Shown in pieces: positions 16,092-25,004 of a stretch of DNA of 32,000 nucleotides. The stretch covers positions 2,070,001-2,102,000 of the forward strand of contig NZ_CP019633.1 in NCBI RefSeq assembly GCF_001997385.1, written 5' to 3'. Below the pieces are notes generated by a model that did not search any database, had not been told where the DNA came from, and worked only from the letters and a program-made list of their open reading frames with translations. Source of the DNA: Sedimentisphaera cyanobacteriorum (GTDB taxonomy: Bacteria; Planctomycetota; Phycisphaerae; Sedimentisphaerales; Sedimentisphaeraceae). Position 1 is the stretch's first letter, and every line of letters starts with the position of its first letter. The position numbers and the translations under genes are program-made.

Positions 16092-16860
16092 ATCGACCGT
16101 GCTGCTGCAACATCATCTCAAGCAGTTGAAACTTCCGACCATGCTTAAAGAATATCCGCTGCTGGCCAAATCCTGCAGCCGGGAAAAATGTGATTACCCG
16201 ACTTACCTGCTGCGGCTGTGCGAAAAAGAGGTTGCCGACCGGCAGCGGCGTGCGATGGACCGGCGAATCAAGGCAGCGAAGTTCCCGTTGCTCAAAACCA
16301 TTGACAGCTTTGACTTTGCCTCACAGAAGTCCGTCAACGAACCGCTCGTCCGGGAGTTATTACGGTGCGAGTTCATTGATCAATATGAAAATGTATTACT
16401 GATCGGCAACAGCGGAACGGGCAAGACCCATCTGGCCACTGCACTGGGGTTCGCTGCCTGTTGTCAGGGCTGCAAAGTCCGATTCTTCGGATGCACGGCA
16501 TTGGTGACACAGTTACTGGAAGCTCGGGAAGATCGGCAGTTGCAGCGAATGCTGACACAGCTCCAAAAACAGGACCTGCTGATCCTGGATGAACTGGGCT
16601 ATGTGCCATTCAGCAAAGCCGGTTCTGAGTTGCTCTTTGAGGTCGTCAGCCGGGCTTACGAACGGCAGAGCCTGATCGTGACGACCAACCTTCCGTTCGA
16701 GAACTGGACTGAAGTGTGCGGCTCCGAGAGGCTCACCGGGGCGATGTTGGATCGGCTCACGCACCGGGTCCATATCATCGAGGCCAACGGTAGTAGTTAT
16801 CGGCTTGATCAGAGCCGTAAACGCCTGGCAAAACAGCAGAAAAGAGCTGCCGAGAATTGA
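16075..16860 (+). CDS. istB: IS21-family helper ATPase IstB
   Basis: Walker A GNSGTGKTHLA and Walker B LLILDELGY. The size and position immediately after istA fit IstB. Confidence 0.9.
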   Translation: MSKERKSTVLLQHHLKQLKLPTMLKEYPLLAKSCSREKCDYPTYLLRLCEKEVADRQRRAMDRRIKAAKFPLLKTIDSFDFASQKSVNEPLVRELLRCEFIDQYENVLLIGNSGTGKTHLATALGFAACCQGCKVRFFGCTALVTQLLEAREDRQLQRMLTQLQKQDLLILDELGYVPFSKAGSELLFEVVSRAYERQSLIVTTNLPFENWTEVCGSERLTGAMLDRLTHRVHIIEANGSSYRLDQSRKRLAKQQKRAAEN

Positions 16861-17048
16861 AGATTGACAGCCGGGGCGGTCCCGGCTATACAGAAATCAG
16901 GTGGTACAAAATTGCTCCGCCAGGTGGGACAATTTTACTCCGCCGTTTATAAGGCTGACTTCCTTAGATCTAAATAGCAGAACTTTATAGCATGATAAGC
17001 CAAATAACTGTTAAAATATAACACTATTTTGCCTTTTTATTTTTTATA

Positions 17049-17077
17049 TTGACATCCTAAAGTTCAAGGCATATACT
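17049..17077 (+). promoter_or_regulatory. Sigma70-type promoter TTGACA-17 nt-TATACT upstream of the riboswitch
   Basis: The hexamers and spacing were counted directly from the sequence. Confidence 0.5.
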
Positions 17078-17119
17078 TCGACTTTGAGCTCTTTGGAAAA
17101 TTTATCATGGATGGTAAAG

Positions 17120-17290
17120 TGTTTTGAGATAAAATACTTACAGGGAACGCGGTGAAAATCCGCGACGGTCGCGCCGCTGTGATCGTCCGACCCGGCATCA
17201 GCCGGGAACCCTGACAGCTTTATACCACTGTTCAAGTCGAATGGGAAGGTGTTGTCAGGCAGGATGAGAGTCAGAATACCTGTTACGATG
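17120..17290 (+). promoter_or_regulatory. Cobalamin (B12) riboswitch
   Basis: Conserved core elements were read in order: CAGGGAAcgcGGTGAAAATCCgcgaCGGTCGCGCCGCTGTGA, then ACCACTG...GGGAAGG, then the B12-box-like GAGTCAGAATACCTG. The boundaries are approximate. Confidence 0.8.
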
Positions 17291-17377
17291 AATTTAGTAA
17301 AGTTCTCGCGTAAAGAACAGCATTAAGCCGGATTATTGTAAATTAGTACATATAATATGGACAAAAGAAGGTTAAAA

Positions 17378-17416
17378 GCCGTTGCTCCTTACGCAGGAGC
17401 AGCGGCTTTTTTATTT
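17378..17416 (+). terminator. Intrinsic terminator-like hairpin + T-run, possibly the riboswitch expression platform
   Basis: GCCGTTGCTCC-ttacgca-GGAGCAGCGGC (one G.T pair) followed by TTTTTTATTT. Confidence 0.6.
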
Positions 17417-17749
17417 GGAAATTTTGAAAGGTAAAATCGATTAAAACGTGAGAAAAAGTGAAAAATGAGGCGCCGACAGTGAGATGCCGACGCCCCTTGA
17501 GAGAAACCTGAATTGGCTTCCCATTACCAAACGCATTGTAAGTCAAATCAGGTAAAATTGCAATAATCTGCCTTGCGATCACCTCTCTTAGGAAAACTTT
17601 GGAAATCCCAACCAGGTTTTCGGTGCCTCATTACTGATTTCTCTCAACGCTTTGGATTGGAGGTGATGATGATGTAGATGGTCTGGTAATGATACTAAAG
17701 AATGAAAATGTAATTTAATGAACTAAAGAAAGATTAGGAGATGAAAACC

Positions 17750-18382
17750 ATGAAGAAGTTAATTTGTTTAGCAGTTATTAGCTGCTGTTTTGTCACACCA
17801 GCAATTGCGACGCCGTACTATTTTGAAAGCGGTTCCGGCAAGGATGTCTGGGTGGATGTGGAAGGTTGGGCTGGCAGCGGGGCAAACGAGTCGATTCTGG
17901 TCGTGGACTGGAATATCTATTCAGGTCCCTACCAAACTGAATCGCACGCGTTCGGCTACCGCTGGGACGGCACGGCGTACGTATCGGATATGCTTGACGC
18001 ATTGCACGATGACGGCGTATTCACCGTAAGCTCCGGTTATGGCGGGGCGTTCCTCAACGACATCGTTTACAACGACGGTGTCGATAACCATACGCACGCC
18101 GATCAAATAGGAAGCTGGAATCTTGCCAGCACGGACGATCCCTATGCACAGTGGGGTGCGATGAGTGGGGGTTGGACCACATTGGGTGACTGGGAGGCCA
18201 ATCAGGCCGGATATGACCAGGAGTTGCTTGCGGATGGTCAGCTCGAAGGCATCAACGCGATTGATTGGTTCGGCGGGAACCCCAACGCATACTTCCTGGA
18301 TGTGCCGATCGTTCCCGAGCCGGCGACGCTTGCTCTGCTGGGAATGGGCGGACTTTTGCTTAGAAGGAAAAGGCACGCTTAA
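17750..18382 (+). CDS. Secreted protein with a C-terminal PEP-CTERM sorting signal
   Basis: Signal peptide MKKLICLAVISCCFVTPAIA. C-terminal VPEPATLALLGMGGLLLRRKRHA. AGGAG lies 9 nt upstream of ATG 17750; an in-frame alternative ATG is at 17741. Confidence 0.75.
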   Translation: MKKLICLAVISCCFVTPAIATPYYFESGSGKDVWVDVEGWAGSGANESILVVDWNIYSGPYQTESHAFGYRWDGTAYVSDMLDALHDDGVFTVSSGYGGAFLNDIVYNDGVDNHTHADQIGSWNLASTDDPYAQWGAMSGGWTTLGDWEANQAGYDQELLADGQLEGINAIDWFGGNPNAYFLDVPIVPEPATLALLGMGGLLLRRKRHA

Positions 18383-18400
18383 GTTTTTGACGTATTTCTC

Positions 18401-18428
18401 GGCGGCGCAGTTTGAACGCTGCGCCGCC
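18401..18428 (+). other. GC-rich 10-bp stem-loop without a U-tract in the intergenic gap
   Basis: GGCGGCGCAG-tttgaacg-CTGCGCCGCC followed by ATTAAAAAAAA. Confidence 0.4.
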
Positions 18429-18527
18429 ATTAAAAAAAACGGCAAACATATAAAAATGTATTTTTCTTTAACCAAAATAATGTAACAATAATTTAAAGTT
18501 CACAACGATATCGTGAAGGATTTTAAG

Positions 18528-20141
18528 ATGAGATCAATTATATTTTCAGCATTTGCCGTCTTTATGGCGATCGGGCCTGTTGCGGGTACGGCACAGGCGG
18601 CGGATATATGGGCGGATAAGGTTGTCTTTAACTGGGATGGTATAACCGCAACGTACGCACCCGGCAGCGGCGACAATATGACGCACGGGCCTTTTCATTC
18701 CAGTGCGCTCTGGAACAGTCCGCTTGCCGTGCTGGGCAAACCCAATACGCTGGACAGAGATGATACCGTGTGGAACCCGCCGGGCGGCAATTTCCGCGAG
18801 ATCAATATGGTCTGGCCGGCGTGGTCAAAAGGCACCAATGATTACTCACTTGACGGCACACCTTACAATTCGGCTTTGACATCGAATAACGGCTGCGGAC
18901 TCAAAGGCGGAGCGGAGATCGTTGTCGAATTCGAAGAGATCATCGACAACAACTCGAACAATCCCTACGGAATCGATTTTATAGTCCACGGCAATCCATT
19001 TTTCGCAACGGGCATTATGGTCTATGAACATTCCAATATGGATACCTACACACTCTCGGCTTTTGGCGGCGGCGGGCCTTTTCCGGGCAGCGGAGCGGGC
19101 GCGGTCTTTTCGGAACCAGTAACGATCAGCGTCGCCCAGTCGCTCGACGGTCCGTGGTACACCTTTACATGGGCGCCGGGTGACATCGCTATTACAGCGG
19201 ATAATTTCTTTCCCACCCAGCCCTATAAGTGGGACAGCGTTAATCACCAGTGGATTGGCGAGGAACTCGACTGGGCAAAACCGGTCAACCCGTGGATCGT
19301 CGGCTATTTCGGTAATCAGACAGTCGCCGATGCCATCAAACTCTACGCCGGTTCGGCAGGCGGTACGCCATTTGATCTTGACTGGCTGGTGGACGAAGAT
19401 GAAAACCCCGTCTATCTCGAATGGGTAAAATATATCAAATTCAGCGACCCCGACAATTATCAGGGCGAGATCTGCGCCGCCGCCGATGTGGCACCGGTTA
19501 AACTCGGAGACGAGATGTCGGTTGCGTTCTTTAATCTCGAGGTAGGCCTGAGTCAGCTGGATTTCGTCGATCCAAATGATGATTCTAAAGAGCTTGTCAG
19601 GGTTTCGGTTTGGGATATGGACCCCGACAACCCGCTGACATTTCAAACGGGGGCAAGGAGCGATCTGTCGGAGTATCCCGGCGGGCCTGCAAAATTTCTG
19701 GCAGCGTATGATGTCAATGCGGCGGTAATTCTTGATCCGGAAGTTGAGCCTTGGGCTTTGGGAGAATTGAGCCTTTATGTCGGCGATGCCTATACCGGAG
19801 ATGCCAACGATCTGGCGGTCTATCAATGGACCGGCGAGGATTGGGCGGTTCTGACACCATCTGATTACGACGCTTCTGCCAAACTGCTTACTGTTGCCGA
19901 TGTCGAAATTTTCAAGGTTTTTGCTGTCGCTCCACTGCCGCTTGAAGGCGATATCAATCAGGATTTCAGAGTTGATTTTCAGGACTATGCGGTGCTTGCG
20001 AAATTCTGGCTTGATGATATTTCCGCCCAGACCGACGTAATGGCACACAGAGCGGATCTGGAAGAGGATGATTTCATAGATTACCAGGATCTCTTTGTAT
20101 TGGCGGACAACTGGCTTGAATGCACATTTGATTGTGAATAA
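18528..20141 (+). CDS. Large secreted protein of unknown function with C-terminal dockerin-like repeat pair
   Basis: ATG 18528 lies 7 nt after AGGA. Signal peptide MRSIIFSAFAVFMAIGPVAGTAQA. C-terminal GDINQDFRVDFQDYAVLAKFW and DFIDYQDLFVLADNW resemble dockerin/EF-hand-like repeats. Confidence 0.7.
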   Translation: MRSIIFSAFAVFMAIGPVAGTAQAADIWADKVVFNWDGITATYAPGSGDNMTHGPFHSSALWNSPLAVLGKPNTLDRDDTVWNPPGGNFREINMVWPAWSKGTNDYSLDGTPYNSALTSNNGCGLKGGAEIVVEFEEIIDNNSNNPYGIDFIVHGNPFFATGIMVYEHSNMDTYTLSAFGGGGPFPGSGAGAVFSEPVTISVAQSLDGPWYTFTWAPGDIAITADNFFPTQPYKWDSVNHQWIGEELDWAKPVNPWIVGYFGNQTVADAIKLYAGSAGGTPFDLDWLVDEDENPVYLEWVKYIKFSDPDNYQGEICAAADVAPVKLGDEMSVAFFNLEVGLSQLDFVDPNDDSKELVRVSVWDMDPDNPLTFQTGARSDLSEYPGGPAKFLAAYDVNAAVILDPEVEPWALGELSLYVGDAYTGDANDLAVYQWTGEDWAVLTPSDYDASAKLLTVADVEIFKVFAVAPLPLEGDINQDFRVDFQDYAVLAKFWLDDISAQTDVMAHRADLEEDDFIDYQDLFVLADNWLECTFDCE

Positions 20142-20153
20142 GAGAGAAATGTG

Positions 20154-20936
20154 ATGCCTTATAAAAAGAAGGGCTTTACGCTGGTCGAGTTGCTTGTGGT
20201 AATATCGATAATTGCTCTGCTGCTGTCAATTCTCCTGCCGGCGCTTGGTCGAGCAAGGGAAATGACCAGGAGAATTGTATGTCTGAGCAATATGCGTCAG
20301 ATGCTTATTGCGGTTAGCTCGTATCAGACAAACAATAACGATCATTTCCCGCCTGCTCTGCTGGATGTCTATGGCCCCAATGCCAATCCCTATGTACATT
20401 ACGCCTGGGATTTCACTCGCAGATATAATATGGCAACTAACAGTTGGGACTATTCCCCAGGGCTGATCTGGGAAGGCCAGGGCATTGAAAAAATACAGCA
20501 GTGTCCTTCATTTAAGGGGCCGGCCATGTGGGAAGGCGACAGGTATACCGGCTACAACTACAACACCAGCTATCTTGGCTGGGCTGAACCGGTTGGCGGC
20601 TGGTCACCTTCCGAATATATCCCAACAGCGAGGATCACCGATATCCGCCGTCCGGCTGAGTGCGCCGTCTTCGGCGACGGCCAGTACGGCGACAACCAGG
20701 CCAATAAATTCATGCGAGCCCCATTTTCCAACCCGCGTGAAAAGGATATCAGTGATTCAGTACGATATGCCGGAACACAGGGCTTTCGGCACCTGGGGAA
20801 AACAAACGTAGCATTTGCCGATGGCCATTGTGAATCAAGAAAGGAAAGGTATACCAACACGCGTATCAACAGTGAATATATCAGCGACAATTGCGGTTTT
20901 CTTTCGGAAGATAATTCTTTGTACGATCTGGAGTGA
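20154..20936 (+). CDS. Prepilin-type N-terminal cleavage/methylation domain protein of the DUF1559 (H-X9-DG) family
   Basis: KKGFTLVELLVVISIIALLLSILLPAL at the N terminus. HLGKTNVAFADGH fits H-X9-DG near the C terminus. Confidence 0.8.
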   Translation: MPYKKKGFTLVELLVVISIIALLLSILLPALGRAREMTRRIVCLSNMRQMLIAVSSYQTNNNDHFPPALLDVYGPNANPYVHYAWDFTRRYNMATNSWDYSPGLIWEGQGIEKIQQCPSFKGPAMWEGDRYTGYNYNTSYLGWAEPVGGWSPSEYIPTARITDIRRPAECAVFGDGQYGDNQANKFMRAPFSNPREKDISDSVRYAGTQGFRHLGKTNVAFADGHCESRKERYTNTRINSEYISDNCGFLSEDNSLYDLE

Positions 20937-20956
20937 ATAAATATCATGGATGAAAA

Positions 20957-21967
20957 ATGCTCAACATCAAAGAAATACAAACCCACCTTGACAATTTAAC
21001 AAAACCGCCGGGAAGCCTCGGGCGACTTGAAGAAGTTGCAGCAAAGCTATGTTTCTGCCAGCAGACATTAAAGCCGCAAACCAGACCACGTCAAATAGTT
21101 TTGTTTGCCGCTGATCACGGCGTAGTCGAAGAAGGTGTATCTGCATGGCCTGCTGAAGTTACAGAATTGATGATTGATAATATTCTTAGCGGAGGAGCTG
21201 CCAGTAGTGTATTAGCCAAAACAACCCAGACGCAACTGAAACTTGTAGATGTCGGCTCATTATGTCAAAACAAAAAAGACAGTAAATTTTACAGGTGTGT
21301 GCAAATCGCTAAAGGTACAGCCAATCTTGCCAAAGTACCGGCTATGACTAAAGAACAATTTGAAAAATCGATGCAAATCGGCAAAGAAGAAGCAGAAAAT
21401 GCTGTCAAGAATGGAGCAAAAATACTTGCTGCTGGTGAAATGGGAATCGGCAACACAACTGCGGCTTCCTGCCTTTCCGCTATATTGTGTGATGTACCGG
21501 TAGAAAATGTAATCGGCCCAGGAGCCGGAGCTGATGACAAAATATTATCCAGAAAAATTCAGGTTGTTTGTAGTGCAATCAAAAGAATAAGAACGCAAAG
21601 CAATGGTAACCTGGCTGAAGATATTGCATCTGTTTGTGGTTTTGAAATTGCTGCAATGGCTGGATTTTATATCAAAGCCGCTGAGCTAAAAACCGTTATG
21701 GTAATAGATGGATTCATATCCACAGCAGCAGCTCTGATTGCTGAAGTGTTATTTAAAGGCAGCCGCGATTATATGATAGCATCTCATTGTTCAGCTGAAC
21801 CGGGCCATAAAGTATTATTGAAAAAGCTGCAATTAAAGCCGCTTCTGGATTGGTCAATGCGATTAGGAGAAGGAACGGGTGCTTTGTTGGTCATGCCTTT
21901 ATTAGATTCCGCAGCGGATGTTATGGCAAAAATGGCAACATTTGAATCTGCGGGGATTAAGCGATGA
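20957..21967 (+). CDS. cobT: Nicotinate-nucleotide--dimethylbenzimidazole phosphoribosyltransferase
   Basis: Motifs KPPGSLGRLEE and GEMGIGNTT. Size is 336 aa. The neighbouring genes are cob genes. Confidence 0.9.
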   Translation: MLNIKEIQTHLDNLTKPPGSLGRLEEVAAKLCFCQQTLKPQTRPRQIVLFAADHGVVEEGVSAWPAEVTELMIDNILSGGAASSVLAKTTQTQLKLVDVGSLCQNKKDSKFYRCVQIAKGTANLAKVPAMTKEQFEKSMQIGKEEAENAVKNGAKILAAGEMGIGNTTAASCLSAILCDVPVENVIGPGAGADDKILSRKIQVVCSAIKRIRTQSNGNLAEDIASVCGFEIAAMAGFYIKAAELKTVMVIDGFISTAAALIAEVLFKGSRDYMIASHCSAEPGHKVLLKKLQLKPLLDWSMRLGEGTGALLVMPLLDSAADVMAKMATFESAGIKR

Positions 21968-22743
21968 ATAAATACCTGATACTGCCTTTTTTCACTGCTG
22001 TACAATTTCTAACCCGAATTCCCGTTCCGAATGGAAGCAAGCCTTCAGAGCAGAAAGTGTTTCAGCGGGTTGTATTATTTATGCCGCTGGTCGGGATGCT
22101 GATAGGATTGATTACTGCTGGTATTTTTGTTCTATGTCAGTTTGTATTTAATGCTTTGTTGGCCGCTGCAGTTGCAATTACTGTGGAACTATTTGTCACG
22201 GGTGCATTTCATGAAGATGCGGTGGCAGACTACTTTGATGCGTTTGGCGGAGGCTGGACAAAAGATGATATTTTGAGAAAACTAAAGGACAGCAGGATTG
22301 GCAGTTACGGAGCAACAGCATTGATTATAGCTCTTGTCTTACGCATACTGGCAATAGCTTCTCTTGATGGAATTCTGTTTCAAATAGTAGTAATTACTGC
22401 CTCAGCATCTATAGGACGGCTTGCAACCGTTATTTCAGTTGGACTTTTAAAACCTGTAGAGTCCAGAGAAAGCCTTGCCAAAGAAGCCGGTCATAATGCT
22501 AAAATAGCGGATGTCATCATCGCAGTTTTACTGATTTTCCCTGTATTTATTATTTGGGGATATTTAACACCGGCAAAAATGCTGGTTTCACTGGTAGTTA
22601 TTGCTGTTTTACTGGGTGTTATATTACGAAAAATTCATAAGCTTATTGGAGGCATCACAGGCGATTGCCTTGGTATGATTTGCTACATGGCCCAAATAGT
22701 TGTTTTGGTAGTCTCCGCGGCAAGCTGGAGGGGATTAAATTGA
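21964..22743 (+). CDS. cobS: Adenosylcobinamide-GDP ribazoletransferase (cobalamin synthase)
   Basis: Polytopic membrane protein with LTRIPV near the N terminus and GGITGDCLG near the C terminus. Overlaps the cobT stop by 4 nt. Confidence 0.85.
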   Translation: MNKYLILPFFTAVQFLTRIPVPNGSKPSEQKVFQRVVLFMPLVGMLIGLITAGIFVLCQFVFNALLAAAVAITVELFVTGAFHEDAVADYFDAFGGGWTKDDILRKLKDSRIGSYGATALIIALVLRILAIASLDGILFQIVVITASASIGRLATVISVGLLKPVESRESLAKEAGHNAKIADVIIAVLLIFPVFIIWGYLTPAKMLVSLVVIAVLLGVILRKIHKLIGGITGDCLGMICYMAQIVVLVVSAASWRGLN

Positions 22744-23300
22744 AACACACACTTATTCTTATACGTCATGGCCAGGTACATGAAAAATATCAAGGAATCT
22801 GTTATGGTGCAAGCGACATTGAACTAAGCGAACTTGGCCAGAAACAGAGCACCAAGGTTGCCGAACAAGTCGGTAAGTATCTAATCGATGCAATATATCA
22901 CAGCGATCTTAAACGAACGAGCTTTATGGCGAAACTTTTGGCAACTAAATCGAACGCCAAAATCATCACAGACATTCGCCTCAGAGAGAGAAATTTTGGT
23001 ACGTGGGAACTTAAAAAGTGGGACAGCATTTATGCTGAGAACGGAAATCAGATTAACGGTCTGTTTGAAAACCCTGAATCGTTTGCTCCGCCAAACGGCG
23101 AGACAACGTATGCTTTCCGCAACCGAATCATGTCGTGGTACGAAGATATTCCAGAAGAAGGAATTTTCGCGGTAATTGCCCACGGAGGAACCATTGCCGC
23201 TTTGCTGGGAACACTGAAAAAACTCCCTGTTAAACAATGGCTTGATCTGATTCCTGAATATGGAAAATATGTTATTTACAATAATTGTATGGAAATTTAA
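22740..23300 (+). CDS. cobC: Histidine-phosphatase-family protein, likely alpha-ribazole phosphatase
   Basis: LILIRHGQ (RHG motif) lies at the N terminus if the TTG at 22740 (after GGAGGG) is the start. The ORF-track ATG 22665 would overlap cobS by 79 nt. The function is assigned from context. Confidence 0.65.
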   Translation: MKHTLILIRHGQVHEKYQGICYGASDIELSELGQKQSTKVAEQVGKYLIDAIYHSDLKRTSFMAKLLATKSNAKIITDIRLRERNFGTWELKKWDSIYAENGNQINGLFENPESFAPPNGETTYAFRNRIMSWYEDIPEEGIFAVIAHGGTIAALLGTLKKLPVKQWLDLIPEYGKYVIYNNCMEI

Positions 23301-23303
23301 GAG

Positions 23304-24206
23304 ATGAAAAAACACAGTATATTTTTATTAGTTGCCCTATGTCTTGGGGTTTGCTTTGTTGGCGTTTTTATAACTAAGCATAATCAGCCGTCCGCAGAAC
23401 AAAATAATTTTGTCCCCAGCAGGATAATTTCAATCAACCCAGCAGCTACAGAAATCATATTCGAACTTGGCTGCGACAAAAAACTTATTGCTATTAGCGA
23501 TTTTTGTAACTATCCACCGGAAACTGAAAATATTGATAAGGTCGGCGGAGTCATTAATCCCAATTTCGAACGTATCAGTGTTCTCAATCCGGATTTTATA
23601 ATAATTCAAGGTAAATGTGAAGATATAACAGACTTTTGTAACCACAAGAACATCGAATACATAAATATCAACCTCAGAAATATCAGTGAAATATATCAGG
23701 GTATATCTGAGCTAGGTAGTAAACTAGGTTGTCCTGCTGCTGCAGAGAAATTATGCGATAAGATCAATAATGAACTTGAAACTATCAAAATTAAACTTTC
23801 ATCCACGGAAAAGAAAAAAGTATTTTTTTCACTCTACCGAACACCCGGCACCCTTGCAAGCATTACCTCTGTCGGTCCGGATACCTTTTTAGGTGAGCTA
23901 ATTGAGATTGCGGGGGGAGAAAATATTTTCAGTGACATAGGACAGGATTATCCGGTAATTTCCAAAGAGACGATTATGAAGCGTCAGCCCGACATTATTA
24001 TTGAGCCGTATTCCCATTCCGCAGGCGAAAATTGTGACCCAAATGATGCACTTAAAGACTGGTCAAAACTCGGCAAACTCGATGCTGTAATAAACAAAAA
24101 ACTTTATGTCATCGATGGAGATCTGGTTTTAAAACCCGGCCCAAGAGTTGGCCAGGCGGCTCTTAAACTGGCAAGACTGATACATCCGGAGTTATTCGAT
24201 GAGTAA
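23304..24206 (+). CDS. Periplasmic substrate-binding protein of a BtuF/FecB-type (cluster A-2) ABC importer, probably corrinoid-binding
   Basis: Has an N-terminal anchor/signal. IISINPAATEIIFELGCDKKLIAISDFCNYP and the spacing resemble BtuF-like proteins. It lies within a cob operon. Confidence 0.7.
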   Translation: MKKHSIFLLVALCLGVCFVGVFITKHNQPSAEQNNFVPSRIISINPAATEIIFELGCDKKLIAISDFCNYPPETENIDKVGGVINPNFERISVLNPDFIIIQGKCEDITDFCNHKNIEYININLRNISEIYQGISELGSKLGCPAAAEKLCDKINNELETIKIKLSSTEKKKVFFSLYRTPGTLASITSVGPDTFLGELIEIAGGENIFSDIGQDYPVISKETIMKRQPDIIIEPYSHSAGENCDPNDALKDWSKLGKLDAVINKKLYVIDGDLVLKPGPRVGQAALKLARLIHPELFDE

Positions 24207-25002
24207 CTCATTTCTAAATATTGATAATATCAGTTACTCATATTCAGGCTCATCCTGGAGGCTGGATAGTATTAGCCTGGATATAAGTAAAGGTGATTTT
24301 ATAGGTATTGCAGGAGCCAACGGTTCAGGCAAAAGCACTTTATTAAAAATAGCCGCAGGTATATTGAAGCCTGATAATGGCAGGATACTTCTTGAAGATC
24401 AATCCATTACAAAAATCCCAAGAAGAGAACTTGCCCGAAAAATTGGGTACCTGCCTCAACAGGTTAATTCCGCATTTGAGTTCACTGTTAAAGAAGTCGT
24501 TTTAATGGGTCGTTTCTGCCACTCAAAAGGTTTAGGGTTAACTACGGCAGAGGATAGAAAAATAGCAGATCACTGTATGAATGCGACCGAAACATTGACT
24601 TTTAGAGACAGGTCCATCAATGAATTGTCAAGTGGTGAACGCCAGAGAGTTTTACTTGCGTCAGTTTTAGCTCAGCAGCCAGATATCATGTTGCTGGATG
24701 AACCGGTAACAGGGCTGGATCTACATCATCAGATTTCATTTTTTAATTTGCTTGCAGAGTTCAGTAAAAAAGGTATGACCATTATTACAATCACTCATGA
24801 TCTGAATCTGGCGAGTCAATTCTGTGACAAAATTCTTTTATTGGATAAGGGTAAAAAAGAAATTTATGATTCGGTCGAAAAGGCCTTTGAACGTCTCGGC
24901 CAAATGAATGCTTATTCTGATAATATTTCGATTTTCAGACATCCGCACAATCAGAAACCTGCATTATTGCCATATTACAATTTTAGCGAGGAGTCTGCCT
25001 GA
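24199..25002 (+). CDS. ABC importer ATPase (BtuD/FepC-like)
   Basis: Motifs GANGSGKSTLL, LSSGERQRV and MLLDEPV. Confidence 0.85.
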   Translation: MSNSFLNIDNISYSYSGSSWRLDSISLDISKGDFIGIAGANGSGKSTLLKIAAGILKPDNGRILLEDQSITKIPRRELARKIGYLPQQVNSAFEFTVKEVVLMGRFCHSKGLGLTTAEDRKIADHCMNATETLTFRDRSINELSSGERQRVLLASVLAQQPDIMLLDEPVTGLDLHHQISFFNLLAEFSKKGMTIITITHDLNLASQFCDKILLLDKGKKEIYDSVEKAFERLGQMNAYSDNISIFRHPHNQKPALLPYYNFSEESA

Positions 25003-25004
25003 AT

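Larger units (their letters stand above)
14442..16951 (+). mobile_element. IS21-family insertion sequence (istA + istB) with nested terminal inverted repeats
   Basis: The left end TATAAACGGCGGAGCAAAATTGTCCCACCTGGCGG... matches the reverse complement of the right end ...GGTGGTACAAAATTGCTCCGCCAGGTGGGACAATTTTACTCCGCCGTTTATA. Each end has two tandem sub-repeats of about 22 nt. I could not identify a target-site duplication. Confidence 0.85.

Noticed and set aside
18846-20048. 400-aa antisense ORF opposite the secreted dockerin-like protein gene (also 17921-18475 - opposite the PEP-CTERM gene)
   Set aside because: The + strand products have signal peptides, sorting signals and RBSs. The antisense translations are Arg/Ile-rich without motifs or a plausible start context.
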